Shown here: positions 24,916 to 34,956 of the stretch, in pieces
Layout of the letters: each line of letters starts with the position of its first letter
Numbering within the stretch: the stretch's first letter is position 1
IMG/VR virus record: IMGVR_UViG_3300009370_000007
Coordinates: 1 to 64,000 of that record
Strand: one strand, 5' to 3'
Length of the DNA stretch: 64,000 bases
Origin: a virus
Translations under genes and position numbers: made by a program
The notes under the pieces: model-generated
What the model was told of the DNA's origin: nothing
Database searches by the model: none
Seen by the model: the letters and a program-made list of their open reading frames with translations, nothing else

Positions 24916-26352
24916 CTAGAGCTTGATTAGAGCCTTTCGATAATAGGCATTGTTGTGTGCCCCGCCGCCTGTAAATGGATTATTAACAAACCCGTAACGA
25001 GTCTTAAATCCAATCTTTGGCTGGAAGGTGTCCTCTCCTACTGCACGCACCATCTGTAGTGGTACATATGGGCAATAGAAAACACCGGCATCATAGGCTG
25101 AAGTGCCCTTATATCCATTAATCGCATATTCATATGTTGGATTAAGTGAAGCATAAGGATCAATATAGACCTTGACACCACCTCCAATAGTTCCTGCAAA
25201 CGTACTGCCATTGACATCGCTGTTCAATGCAGGACTAGGATCAAGAACGCCAGACGTTGACAATGCAGATGCAATGTTGGGTGACACGATTAGCATATTT
25301 CCCTTGCCGCGACGTGTTGCGATACCGATCTTATTGGCTTCCTTCTCGAAGTACCAATTAAGAATCTTGAATCGCTCAACCAACCAACGTGCAGAACCGA
25401 GATCGTCTCGGTGTTCTACTCGCGTTAGGTCAACAAGTCCTGCTGCTGCTGTATTTGCACCAGAACCAACTTGCGCTGCCAGAGCAATCTTACGAACAAC
25501 CTCTCGATTGATCTCAGCATTGATCTCAGTCGAAAGAATGTTGGAAAGCTCGGCTTCGGCATCAAGACCATGAATAGCCTTGAGATCCTGTGCAAGCTCT
25601 GTGGTGTACTCAGCCTTGAGGGCCCGAGTTTGTGCAACAACAGAAGTCTTCTCAATGGTGAATCCCATCTCTGGAATCTGATTAGTTGCCTCAGTTCCCC
25701 AAAGTTCGGCAACCGAAGTCGCTGCACCATTACCAGTAAGAAATGTTCCGTCTGGTTGGGTAATAATATCCGCCAAGCCGTCGCCTGATACAGTTCCATC
25801 AGGATCAGCAGTTGCCGTTAACATGGCTTCCATTGCACCTGTATGGAGCTTGCCATCGGCTGGTACTGGATTATTCTCACCAGAAGTATCATCTGAAGAA
25901 ATACCGGAATATGCGGTATTTGCTTCGTTGAATAGTGCTTCGCCAGTTCCATCGGTCGCGGAACCAGCAACAACCCCCTTTGGAGCATACTTCGCCTTGA
26001 GAGCAAAGATAAGTCCGGTAGGACCATTCATTGGCTGTACGCCACAAATATCATATGCCATGAGATTTGGGGCATTGCGGCGAACGAGACTAATTAGGAC
26101 TGGATCAAAGGCAGCAACATTAGTGCCACCAGCGTTAGTTCCGCCGGTATCCATTCCAGAAAAGTTTGTTGTCTCACCGAGAAGCCCGCCGCCGCTTTGG
26201 GAGGCGTGGTCTTCGCGAAGAGCAACTTCTTCGTTCTCCAATAGTTGTGCTGTGACAGCGCGTCGATAAGGGTCCTTAATTGGATCAAGGTCTTCGTGAT
26301 CTAGTACGGGCTGCCACTTTTGTGTAAGTCGATCAAAATTTGAATCAGACAT
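24916..26352 (-). CDS. 23: Major capsid protein
   Basis: KWQPVLDH, DPVLISLVRR, GVQPMNGPTGLIFA, RALKAEYT.ELAQDLKAIHGLDAE.EL, YCPYVPL, FQPKIGFKTRYG. Confidence 0.99.
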   Translation of the reverse strand: MSDSNFDRLTQKWQPVLDHEDLDPIKDPYRRAVTAQLLENEEVALREDHASQSGGGLLGETTNFSGMDTGGTNAGGTNVAAFDPVLISLVRRNAPNLMAYDICGVQPMNGPTGLIFALKAKYAPKGVVAGSATDGTGEALFNEANTAYSGISSDDTSGENNPVPADGKLHTGAMEAMLTATADPDGTVSGDGLADIITQPDGTFLTGNGAATSVAELWGTEATNQIPEMGFTIEKTSVVAQTRALKAEYTTELAQDLKAIHGLDAEAELSNILSTEINAEINREVVRKIALAAQVGSGANTAAAGLVDLTRVEHRDDLGSARWLVERFKILNWYFEKEANKIGIATRRGKGNMLIVSPNIASALSTSGVLDPSPALNSDVNGSTFAGTIGGGVKVYIDPYASLNPTYEYAINGYKGTSAYDAGVFYCPYVPLQMVRAVGEDTFQPKIGFKTRYGFVNNPFTGGGAHNNAYYRKALIKL

Positions 26353-26396
26353 TTTGTTTTAACTCCTTGTTAAAAGTGGTTTATAAGTAAACGCAA

Positions 26397-27596
26397 TTAC
26401 TCTTGAATAACATTCTTCTGTGTTCGAGCTAATGCGCCAACATAAGCAGACATTGTGCCGGTGGTTTCTTCAAAGATGCCACCCTCAACTTCCTGCTCCT
26501 CTACAATAAATTGCTGATTAGTTGTTCCTGTCTTGGGGAAGTAGTTTTCCCTGAGTGTGCCAAGAGCATTTGCATACTGCTCGACATCTTCAAAGTCTAC
26601 TCCTTCGGACAGTTCCTTCAACTTCTCATACTCTGTATCGACAAGACCATCAGAACTCTGAATAAGGAGTTCAGTCTTCTGATACTCATTGATCTGCTTC
26701 TGCATATCAATTGTCCTTTCAATACTTTCATTTAGTTCACCCTCTAGCTTATCGACACGATCTGCAAGAGTATCTGCTACATCGAGCTTCTCATCTGGAA
26801 TCTCGATATAATGTTCTGCGAAGAGATTGCGTAGTCCTGTAATGAACTCTTCACTAATCTCTGCCTGTAGACCCTTGGTGATTGCAAGCTCATTTTCCTT
26901 CTGCCATTCATCTACGGCATAGGAAAGATACTCGTCAACCTTCTCGGTCATATCAGTAAGATTTTCTTCGCGAGCTTCGGTTAGCTCTTCGTCAAACTTG
27001 CTTTCAATCTTCTCTAGCTCCTCATTTACCTTGGCAATGAGCGCAGCCTCAAAGATTATTGCTGCCTTTGACTTAAAGTCATCGGAAAGATTAACTTCGT
27101 CGTTAAACATTGCAGCAATATCAGCAGAAAAATCAACATCCTCTGCCTTTAGCCTAGTCTTCTCTCCCTTGTCGCCCTTCTTTCCAGCCTTGACCTTCTT
27201 TGTTACTTCTGTAGTCTTATCTACAGACTTGAAAATCTCGTCTGGATCTGCAACATTGGGATCGTCCTTTGCTTCGTCAAGATCGTCGTCCTCTTCAAGA
27301 GTAGTAAGAGAGTGCATGATCTTATCGAAGTGAGACTCTAGCTTGGTCTTCTTGGTATCCTGAAGCTGATTAAAAATAGCGCGAACCATAGCGGGCTTAG
27401 TCAACGATTCCTTAACCCCCTCTTCTTCATCTTCATCTTCTTCGTCTTCTTCTTCATCATCATCATCCTCAAAAGGTTCTTCGTCTTCTTCAGTTTTCTC
27501 CTGAAGGACTTCTTCTTCTGACTCAGAAGTTTCGCGAAGAAGCTCTTCGATTTCTTCGTCTGTGATGGCTTCTGTTGAAACGGTTTCTTCTGACAT
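26397..27596 (-). CDS. 22: Prohead core scaffold protein with acidic N-terminal extension
   Basis: F..KAAIIFEAAL, KVDEYLSY...EW..EN, FITGLRNLFAEHYIEIP; syntenic position. Confidence 0.93.
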   Translation of the reverse strand: MSEETVSTEAITDEEIEELLRETSESEEEVLQEKTEEDEEPFEDDDDEEEDEEDEDEEEGVKESLTKPAMVRAIFNQLQDTKKTKLESHFDKIMHSLTTLEEDDDLDEAKDDPNVADPDEIFKSVDKTTEVTKKVKAGKKGDKGEKTRLKAEDVDFSADIAAMFNDEVNLSDDFKSKAAIIFEAALIAKVNEELEKIESKFDEELTEAREENLTDMTEKVDEYLSYAVDEWQKENELAITKGLQAEISEEFITGLRNLFAEHYIEIPDEKLDVADTLADRVDKLEGELNESIERTIDMQKQINEYQKTELLIQSSDGLVDTEYEKLKELSEGVDFEDVEQYANALGTLRENYFPKTGTTNQQFIVEEQEVEGGIFEETTGTMSAYVGALARTQKNVIQE

Positions 27597-27643
27597 TATA
27601 TGGCTCCTTTGTTTAAAGCTATCAGGTTGTTATTCCTAATGCA

Positions 27644-27651
27644 TATTTATA
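27644..27651 (-). promoter_or_regulatory. T4-type late promoter TATAAATA
   Basis: Exact consensus upstream of gp22. Confidence 0.8.
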
Positions 27652-27655
27652 TATT

Positions 27656-28309
27656 TTACAATTTTGAAAGAAAGTTCTTAAATACCCTTAATTGAACGGC
27701 TTCTCTATCGGCTCGTTTTGATTTTTCAATTTGAGATTTAAGTTCTTGAATGGTTCTTTCTTTAATTATACCATTTTCCCAAATCCATTCTTTTCCTTCC
27801 ATCATTCCTTCAACAAATGCATCGGGAGCAGATGGATCTGCAACAATATCTGCCGCAGTAGCAAGATAAAAATCATCTTGCACTACATTTACGCCTCGTC
27901 GTGGCTTCAATGAACCCATTCCGCGAGACGAAACACCTAACTTGGCACCCTCATCAATAAGATTCTTTGCAATCTTTCCATATGGGGTGTCCATTAACTT
28001 TGCTTTTCCTACCCAGTTATCATTATCTGGGCTTAATTCCTTAATCATATGAGAAACTCTTTCTAGATTAATGACCGGCCCATCGGGATGACCTAGTTCT
28101 CCGAAGGCTCGATTTTGCTTAATATACTTGTCGTTATATTTCGCAACTTCCCTTCCGAGAGTCTCTCGGGGATAGACTCGTCCATTTCTATTCTTTGTTT
28201 CTGCCTGCATGAAGACGCCCTTAATATAATAATCCTTCTTGCCGGATTTAGTTTCTTCTACCAAAACTTCAATTTGATCGTCGTCTACTACTTCGGTAAT
28301 GAGTTTCAT
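27656..28309 (-). CDS. 21: Prohead maturation protease
   Basis: MKLITE, IKGVFMQAE.KNRNGRVY, GELGHP, GVSSRGMGS, DIVADPSAPDAFV. Confidence 0.98.
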   Translation of the reverse strand: MKLITEVVDDDQIEVLVEETKSGKKDYYIKGVFMQAETKNRNGRVYPRETLGREVAKYNDKYIKQNRAFGELGHPDGPVINLERVSHMIKELSPDNDNWVGKAKLMDTPYGKIAKNLIDEGAKLGVSSRGMGSLKPRRGVNVVQDDFYLATAADIVADPSAPDAFVEGMMEGKEWIWENGIIKERTIQELKSQIEKSKRADREAVQLRVFKNFLSKL

Positions 28310-28320
28310 TTGATTTTCTC

Positions 28321-29388
28321 CTAAAAAGATATATTCTTGATTGCAAAGCCTGACATCTTAAGAAATCCTGCTCGATTTTTTGCCAAGGTAGATGCAAACT
28401 TAACTTTGTTTTTTACACTTAACGCATCATATACTTTTGTGACAGCATTTGCAGTCATCATATCTACTAAAAGATGTTTTCCATCAGCCAATTTAACCTT
28501 CTGGCCCTGTGAATCTTTAACAATTTTTCTCATGGTATTGATAATGGCTTCTCCCTTGCCCGCCTGTTCATGGACAGCGACCGATTCTCCTGCTATTGAA
28601 ACTGAATCTGCTGCCTTGTCCAACATATCTTGCTTTTTCTTGTTGGCCTTCTCAGCTTTTCGGACTAAAGTATTTTTCCTAACCTTTTTAATTGCCTGAT
28701 CGACATCTTCCCGAGTCTGTTTATTTTTCAGGGCGGCCAGACGATCTTCAATTGCCTTTTTTTGTGCTGCCTTCTGTTCTTTCTTTTCTATTCTTGCGAG
28801 ACGAGCCTTATCTGTTGGGGAAACTCTTGCCACAAACTTTTTGATTCCTATCTTTCCCCCTTTGATGGCCTTGTCTGCAACATAATCATCTGCCGCAGCC
28901 TCATGAATAAAAGATTCGCCTGTGGCAATTGCTCCTGTTTTTCCTTTTCGTATTGCCTTTTCCTTTTGTTTGTCCCTGACTTCTCTTGCCTTTAATGCTT
29001 TTTTTTGAGCCTTTGCTGCGGCTCTGGTTCGCCATGAACTTCCGGGCTTCATTGCCGCCTTGTGCATTTTTCTGGCAGCAGTTTCAGCCCTATCTTTTGC
29101 CTCTATTCCCTTTATCGTTGTTCCTGCCTTCTTGGCTCTTAGTCCTGAAATTCCCTTTCCCAATGCATAACCGATTGCCAGTCCACCGGGAGTCAGACCA
29201 ACCGCCCTTCTGGCTTTGTTGAGCTTTGCTAATTTGCCAAATTTTCCTGCTGCTGCGACTCCTCCTGCTGCACCCAGGCCTGCAGTTTTTGCTACCTTTC
29301 CTTCAATTACTGGAGTTTCTAAAGCCAACTCAGGATTAGAAGTTGAGCAGATAGATTCGGCTCGAAATTCTTTAAAGGGTTTATTCAT
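28321..29388 (-). CDS. Prohead core / internal protein at the gp68 position with K/A-rich cargo modules
   Basis: Probable start MNKPFKEFRAE at 29388, overlapping the upstream stop; VIE|G, FIHE|A and VHE|Q linkers; synteny with gp21. Confidence 0.65.
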   Translation of the reverse strand: MNKPFKEFRAESICSTSNPELALETPVIEGKVAKTAGLGAAGGVAAAGKFGKLAKLNKARRAVGLTPGGLAIGYALGKGISGLRAKKAGTTIKGIEAKDRAETAARKMHKAAMKPGSSWRTRAAAKAQKKALKAREVRDKQKEKAIRKGKTGAIATGESFIHEAAADDYVADKAIKGGKIGIKKFVARVSPTDKARLARIEKKEQKAAQKKAIEDRLAALKNKQTREDVDQAIKKVRKNTLVRKAEKANKKKQDMLDKAADSVSIAGESVAVHEQAGKGEAIINTMRKIVKDSQGQKVKLADGKHLLVDMMTANAVTKVYDALSVKNKVKFASTLAKNRAGFLKMSGFAIKNISF

Positions 29389-30283
29389 CGTCGAGAAGGC
29401 CCTCTTCTGGTGGAATACCAATAAAATCTCCTGCAATCTGGATCTTCTTGGTGGCAAGATGGTCTGTTACTTTATTTGACATGATTGGAGTTAGTAAATC
29501 AAGAACCCTTGATGGGCTTCCTTCATTTGCAGCCTGGACCAAATTCATAACGGACTCAAATTGTTCTCCGTAAGCCCTTCTCTGAAGATTGGTTGTGTCT
29601 TTACCAGTTGTGTCTTTCTTAATACCATGTTTTTTTGCTGTTTTTTGAGCCCTTATTTTTTCTTTCGCTCTACTTCGAGCCAGTCGATCTGCTCTTTTCT
29701 GTTTTCTTACTGCCTTTCTGGCTAGACGACCGCTTGTTGGCTTTGCCTTTGCTTTTGCTGCAACTTTATCCGCAGTACGCTGCCTGTCCTTTGCTCGTAC
29801 ACCCTTCATTGAAGTTCCATGCTTTCGGGCTCGGATATATTTAACCCCCAACGCGCCGCCGGGGACAGAGGAAGCACCAAAAGCGGTTATTGCCCTACCT
29901 TTTGCTGCGGTCACTCCATGATCGGCCTTTACCCTTGTTTTTGGATCAGATACTTTTTTTTCGGCAATATAGGAATTTACAAACTCTAATTCCTCTTCGG
30001 TCAAAGAATCTAAAAAGTAATCAACCTGTTCTTCGGTAAAATCCGAAAAGTCTAAGTCTAGTTCTTCCATCATTTCATTGTCTCCTTGAGTTTGTTGGAT
30101 GGTGTCTTCATGTGCAGCCCTGGCCCTGGCTCTGGCTCTGGCTTTATTGGCAGCCCGAGCTTTCTTATATGCAGCCCGGGCAGACTTTCTTTCCTTGGCT
30201 GATTCCGCGTCTAGTTTATTCTGTGTTCTTATTGCCTGCTTAAGTGATGATATTTCATCAAGTTCAATTTCTTCGTTAGCCAT
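29381..30283 (-). CDS. gp67-like prohead core protein with a large basic N-terminal extension
   Basis: C-terminal MNLVQAANEG...IMSNKVTDHLATKKIQIAGDF resembles T4 gp67; K/R/A-rich middle. Confidence 0.65.
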   Translation of the reverse strand: MANEEIELDEISSLKQAIRTQNKLDAESAKERKSARAAYKKARAANKARARARARAAHEDTIQQTQGDNEMMEELDLDFSDFTEEQVDYFLDSLTEEELEFVNSYIAEKKVSDPKTRVKADHGVTAAKGRAITAFGASSVPGGALGVKYIRARKHGTSMKGVRAKDRQRTADKVAAKAKAKPTSGRLARKAVRKQKRADRLARSRAKEKIRAQKTAKKHGIKKDTTGKDTTNLQRRAYGEQFESVMNLVQAANEGSPSRVLDLLTPIMSNKVTDHLATKKIQIAGDFIGIPPEEGLLDDE

Positions 30284-30323
30284 AATTGAAAGCCTCCTAA
30301 CTAAAAAGGTAAATTTGTTAAAC

Positions 30324-30331
30324 TATTTATA
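30324..30331 (-). promoter_or_regulatory. T4-type late promoter TATAAATA
   Basis: Exact consensus upstream of the gp67-like gene. Confidence 0.8.
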
Positions 30332-30340
30332 ATAAATTAA

Positions 30341-31030
30341 TTATTCAAAGATGATTTCGTCGTCTTCTATTACTCCTGTCTCCTCAAACGTATCGACAAT
30401 GCGTTTATTGTGATTAGAGCAAGGATTAGAATCAAAAAGAACTTCGTGGTTATCAGATCGAGGATTATCAAGAGCCTTATCAAAAAAAGTTGCAGTATTA
30501 GAAGAAATCTGATTTGGCACAACAGGCGGAATTTCAGAAGAAGAAATAATCCCGCCCAGTTTAATTGTAGGCAAATTGAAAGTAGAAGTCTTAACCGGAG
30601 GATTTGGGTTTTTATGCTCTTCCGGCACTATTTGGTTTTGTATTGTTCTATAAAGCTCTCCCCATGATTCTAAAACCTCTTTATTTTTTGGAAATACCAT
30701 CACAAAAGCTCCGTCATCACGTTGGACTAATCCTCTGCCTACAGAATTTTCTTCTTCAAAATCTGAAGTTTTAAAGTAAATTCGAGGAGAAAACTTAAAA
30801 GTTTCTTGATCTAAATTATTACCAAACCCATTTCCCCATCCAGGCTTCCAAGATTGCGTATCCTCATCAAAGAAAAACCCTTTGAGATTTCCTTTTACAT
30901 AAAAGGCAGTAGTTGGTGCCGGCCAAGTTATTCCTGCTCGCATACCAAGACCAGTAAGTTCATCTTCTAGGCTTCCTGTTCCCAATAATATTAAATGATC
31001 TTGTGCATTCAATATTTTAAACTGTCTCAT
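30341..31030 (-). CDS. Hypothetical protein, paralogue of 31703-32179
   Basis: MRQFKILNAQDHLIL ... IEDDEIIFE. Confidence 0.65.
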   Translation of the reverse strand: MRQFKILNAQDHLILLGTGSLEDELTGLGMRAGITWPAPTTAFYVKGNLKGFFFDEDTQSWKPGWGNGFGNNLDQETFKFSPRIYFKTSDFEEENSVGRGLVQRDDGAFVMVFPKNKEVLESWGELYRTIQNQIVPEEHKNPNPPVKTSTFNLPTIKLGGIISSSEIPPVVPNQISSNTATFFDKALDNPRSDNHEVLFDSNPCSNHNKRIVDTFEETGVIEDDEIIFE

Positions 31031-31032
31031 AA

Positions 31033-31473
31033 TTAAATTGCTCCTAATGTTAGATATTCTAAATCTAATAATGAAAAGGTTGTCGGAGAAGACAAGCCAT
31101 CAAAAGAAAAGCGCTCAGTAATTGCCTCAAACGAAGTAGACTCTTCAATTGCAGCCAAATGAGATGATGATGCCCTAAGTTGTTCCAGTACGGTACTATT
31201 AGGAAACAGTTCATTCATAATAACATCATCATCTAAAAGAAAGGCACTAAAAAGTATTGATTCTTGTTGAGCCGTCATTGTAATAGGAGTAATTGGAGCA
31301 ATATCAAAAATTCCAATTCCTTCTCGGGTTTCGACTTCAATCGTAACCTTCCCCTTCCCTAAAATCAAAGAATAAGATTTACTCAATGACCAATCATATG
31401 TTAGTTCATCCCCCTCATTTAAAAAATTTAATAGATAAAAACTATAATTATCTTTTGCAATTTGTACATTCAT
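31033..31473 (-). CDS. Hypothetical protein (possible cupin-like beta fold)
   Basis: 146 aa, ATGA-coupled; SLILGKGKVTIEV and ITMTAQQESILF pattern. Confidence 0.55.
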   Translation of the reverse strand: MNVQIAKDNYSFYLLNFLNEGDELTYDWSLSKSYSLILGKGKVTIEVETREGIGIFDIAPITPITMTAQQESILFSAFLLDDDVIMNELFPNSTVLEQLRASSSHLAAIEESTSFEAITERFSFDGLSSPTTFSLLDLEYLTLGAI

Positions 31474-31697
31474 TCTATAATTCCTCCAGTTTGAATATCC
31501 AAGACCGTTTTTTCACGGCTCATATGAACTAGAGTTTTAACTTGGGTTTTAAAAAACTCCCAATTAACTTCTCCAGTTTCAGTAAATTTAAGTGCAATCC
31601 TTTTACGAGTAACTATCCGAACATCGTTATCAAAAATTGAAATAACAATAAATCCCCTTTTTATATTTTCAATGTGTCTAACCACTTTAATTGCCAT
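31470..31697 (-). CDS. Small hypothetical protein, paralogue of 32185-32409
   Basis: MAIKVVRHIEN...DN......K.I......G...........TLV. Confidence 0.6.
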   Translation of the reverse strand: MAIKVVRHIENIKRGFIVISIFDNDVRIVTRKRIALKFTETGEVNWEFFKTQVKTLVHMSREKTVLDIQTGGIIE

Positions 31698-31702
31698 GAT
31701 CT

Positions 31703-32179
31703 TTACCCTATAATAATTTCATCATCAATACTGTCTGGAGCCAACTCGACAAAAGTATTTGCATTCATTTTCCTAGTAAGATTTCCCTGTGCAATAACAT
31801 CATGTGATTCCCTGGTTGTATTTAAGGTTGTATTAACACTAGCTTCGCCAAGAGTATTATTCCAGTTTGTTAATATTTCAGATTTTTTTGGAAGCACTCC
31901 AACAACAACAGTATTTGATACAGAAACGTGCCCGGCCTCAACGTCATCATCGCGAAATAGAATCATGGGAGCCGTACTAGTACGAGTAGTTTGCCACTCT
32001 CCTGCATTGTCTTTACGAAATTGTCTAAAGATTCCCGTTAACCCGAAGGCGGCAAAGGGGGGAGGAAATGAACGTAAATTAGTTGTTTTGTTTATACAAG
32101 TTATTTCATCGTTTTCTTCGGTGCATTCAATAAAAATTAACAAATGATCTTGTGAGGTTATAATCTTAACTTTTCTCAT
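31703..32179 (-). CDS. Hypothetical protein, paralogue of 30341-31030
   Basis: MRKVKIITSQDHLLI ... IDDEIIIG. Confidence 0.65.
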   Translation of the reverse strand: MRKVKIITSQDHLLIFIECTEENDEITCINKTTNLRSFPPPFAAFGLTGIFRQFRKDNAGEWQTTRTSTAPMILFRDDDVEAGHVSVSNTVVVGVLPKKSEILTNWNNTLGEASVNTTLNTTRESHDVIAQGNLTRKMNANTFVELAPDSIDDEIIIG

Positions 32180-32184
32180 ATTAA

Positions 32185-32409
32185 TTATCCCATATCTATA
32201 TTGACATTTGCCTGGGGAGTTGCCGTCCTATAAGAAAGAACCAAAGTTGAAATTCTCTTATGCAAATCTTCAATATCAAGAGTTCCATCTTCTTTTAATT
32301 CACATCCAATATTTTTTTTATCTAATATAACATTACCATTATCTTCAATGGTCACAACATACTTCCTCTTATTTAAATTTTCTTTATGTTTTGTTATTAT
32401 AATGGCCAT
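32185..32409 (-). CDS. Small hypothetical protein, paralogue of 31470-31697
   Basis: MAIIITKHKEN...DN......K.I......G...........TLV. Confidence 0.6.
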   Translation of the reverse strand: MAIIITKHKENLNKRKYVVTIEDNGNVILDKKNIGCELKEDGTLDIEDLHKRISTLVLSYRTATPQANVNIDMG

Positions 32410-32411
32410 TA

Positions 32412-33629
32412 TTAATGTTCCGTTCCCGCATCAAAATTACTATCCGAAGAACTGTCTCCGTCTGATCCTTTCATTGTGCCAGCCTGTAGTTTAATTATAT
32501 ATTTACTTTGATCTGAGTCTGCCTGATCCCAAAAACTATGGTGATAAAGACATTCTCCTGCGGCACCTGCGGCTCCACCTGAGCTTCCTCCACCAGAAGT
32601 TCCTGCCTGGCCAGCCCCTCCGAGAACTCCTCCGTCACCCCCGGCAGTACCAATGTCGGCAACTGCAACTCCACCGCCGCCGCCGCCTCCTCCTCCGTAT
32701 ATTTTTCCGGTCGAGTGATTATAAATTTGAATTATTTGTTTTTTAGAAGTTGTTCCAATTCCATGACCACCATACTGACCATTAGTTGGTACATGAGTTG
32801 CAGTAGAACCAGAAGAAGTAACTCCATCTGGAGCATTTGTTCCCGCCGATCCATCAGCAGAAGTAGTAGAAACTAAATTTCCTTCCCCAAAAACGCCATT
32901 TGCTGCCCTTGTTTCGCTAACAGACATATCGGCCAAGCCAAGAGACGAACACCCGGCAGACCCGGAAAAGGGGAAATCTGGTAACTCTCCTCCAGGCGAT
33001 GTTTTATTTGAATCTAATGGATAGGGCCCCCAATTATCTCCCTGTTCATGGGCATCAACGGGCAAATCCCAATCTTGCAATCCAGACCCCCCGCCACCAC
33101 CACCACCAATTGCATTTTTGCTTACGGTAGCATGGTTATAAAAAGCACCACCCCGACCCGCCAAACCACCACTTCCAGCAATAATACCATGATTATGAAT
33201 AATAACTGTTGATCCATACGGAAACTCTCCAGTTAAAACTGCTGGTTCGGGAATCCAATATCCATTAAAGACATTATATGTATGTTCTTTTGTTCCCATT
33301 GCAACATCGGAAGGGATATTTATCACATAGACTCCTGGTGAGGTTACAGCAGAAACAGAATCTCCAATAAATTTTTGTCTTAGTGTGTTGTCTGCCCAAT
33401 TATCATATCCTTCTGATGCATATGAATCTGGACTTTCCCACCCAGGAAAAGAAGTTCTGGTCCATGTTGATCCGGTTGCATAATCTCTTCGCCAATGAAA
33501 TTTAGCAATTCCAGATATGACAGGAGTTTTTGCCCCATAGTTAGAATCTCCACCAGAGGATTCGGGAACTGTAGTGGCTTTTATTTCATAGTAAAAATGA
33601 GGAGGGCTAAAGTGAGTGCCTGGAAACAT
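32412..33629 (-). CDS. Glycine-rich adhesin (T2/S16 gp38-like polyglycine motifs)
   Basis: VINIP.....G, IIHNHGIIAGSGG.AGRGG, GGHGI, IYN..GKIYGGGGGGGGG and GGDGG..GGAG.AG segments. Confidence 0.65.
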   Translation of the reverse strand: MFPGTHFSPPHFYYEIKATTVPESSGGDSNYGAKTPVISGIAKFHWRRDYATGSTWTRTSFPGWESPDSYASEGYDNWADNTLRQKFIGDSVSAVTSPGVYVINIPSDVAMGTKEHTYNVFNGYWIPEPAVLTGEFPYGSTVIIHNHGIIAGSGGLAGRGGAFYNHATVSKNAIGGGGGGGSGLQDWDLPVDAHEQGDNWGPYPLDSNKTSPGGELPDFPFSGSAGCSSLGLADMSVSETRAANGVFGEGNLVSTTSADGSAGTNAPDGVTSSGSTATHVPTNGQYGGHGIGTTSKKQIIQIYNHSTGKIYGGGGGGGGGVAVADIGTAGGDGGVLGGAGQAGTSGGGSSGGAAGAAGECLYHHSFWDQADSDQSKYIIKLQAGTMKGSDGDSSSDSNFDAGTEH

Positions 33630-33639
33630 TTATGAACTC

Positions 33640-34956
33640 CTATTGATATGTAAGTCCTGTTGTTGCATATACAAAAGTTGAATTTGCAACAACCAAAGAA
33701 ATTATATCACTAGATCGTCTAGCTGTAGAGAGTGCCGTAACATATCCGCCAGGGTACTTTGGTGTTGTGCTACTATGCCATTCCCAAGTTCGATTTCCTG
33801 TAGTATCTTGGGTAATAATAAAAGTGAATGCACAACCAACTACATTTGCAATATTTAAAAGCTCCACAGTTACATTATGCCCGAGTGTAATATGAAATAA
33901 GTTTGAATCTTGTAAGTCTATTTGCAAAGCTGAACCTGAACTACTAACAACTGTTGGCGTGGCTCCCTGTGCCTTACCCCAAAGGTTGACTGTACTTGTG
34001 CTATTGAAGGTTGCCGTCTGGGCAGTTAAACTTGCAAGCTCGGTGTCTTGAATTGTGTTTGCCGCAGCAACAGCAGTATCAACATAAGATTCTGTTGCAA
34101 AGCCTGTTGCGCCATCAGCAGAAAGAACAAACTTACCATCTGAACTGCTATACTTTAGGATTTGACCATCGGAAGGAGTACCAGACTTGACATCATCTTG
34201 ATCCATGATGCGAACAACACCAGTACCAGGGCCATCTGCAAGAGATCCCATAAGAGATCGCCTTGCCTGTCTTACCTGAACTGCAACGTCTTCTCTTAGT
34301 GCATCAAAATTTTCTTCTATTTTTTTGGTATTGCCCGATTCTCCGGGTTCGCCCTTGTCGCCTTTCGCGCCCTGAAAGCCCCGTTCACCTTTGGGACCAA
34401 CGGTTCCAATGTCTCCCCTGTCTCCCTTTGGCCCGTCATCGCCTTTTTGTCCGCGTTGTCCTCTGGCACCTCGATTACCGGGAACACCTTGCAGACCTTG
34501 TTCACCTAAAAGACCCCTTGGCCCTATTTCTCCGCGATCACCCTTGTCTCCCTTTTCGCCTCTTTCGCCACTTTCACCGGAATCTCCAGTAAGTCCTTGA
34601 ATGCCCTGAAGACCCTGTTCGCCCTGTGGGCCCTGTTCGCCTATGAATCCTCGTTCTCCTCGTTCGCCTTTGGGTCCGACATCTCCAATTTCTCCGGGGC
34701 GTCCTTGTTCACCAAGAAATCCACGTTCACCACGTTCGCCTTGTGCGCCAACATCTCCCTTCTCGCCCTGGGGGCCAGGAGGGCCACCAGGATCTCCTTG
34801 GTCGCCCTTGGGTCCGCGTTCACCCTGGGCTCCAACCTCCCCCTTTGTGTCCGTGGGAAAAGATTCTCTAAGTCGTTCTTCTGATTTTTCTACTTCTTCG
34901 TTTACATATTGAACAATAGGACGAAGAAGATTTTTAAGATTCTTGTTCTCGTTCAT
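33640..34956 (-). CDS. Collagen-like fibre protein
   Basis: About 55 G-X-Y triplets; DDV....PSDGQILKY fibre motif; C-terminal IITQD.TG.RT..W...PGG domain. Start probably MNENK at 34956 (AAGGA RBS). Confidence 0.85.
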   Translation of the reverse strand: MNENKNLKNLLRPIVQYVNEEVEKSEERLRESFPTDTKGEVGAQGERGPKGDQGDPGGPPGPQGEKGDVGAQGERGERGFLGEQGRPGEIGDVGPKGERGERGFIGEQGPQGEQGLQGIQGLTGDSGESGERGEKGDKGDRGEIGPRGLLGEQGLQGVPGNRGARGQRGQKGDDGPKGDRGDIGTVGPKGERGFQGAKGDKGEPGESGNTKKIEENFDALREDVAVQVRQARRSLMGSLADGPGTGVVRIMDQDDVKSGTPSDGQILKYSSSDGKFVLSADGATGFATESYVDTAVAAANTIQDTELASLTAQTATFNSTSTVNLWGKAQGATPTVVSSSGSALQIDLQDSNLFHITLGHNVTVELLNIANVVGCAFTFIITQDTTGNRTWEWHSSTTPKYPGGYVTALSTARRSSDIISLVVANSTFVYATTGLTYQ

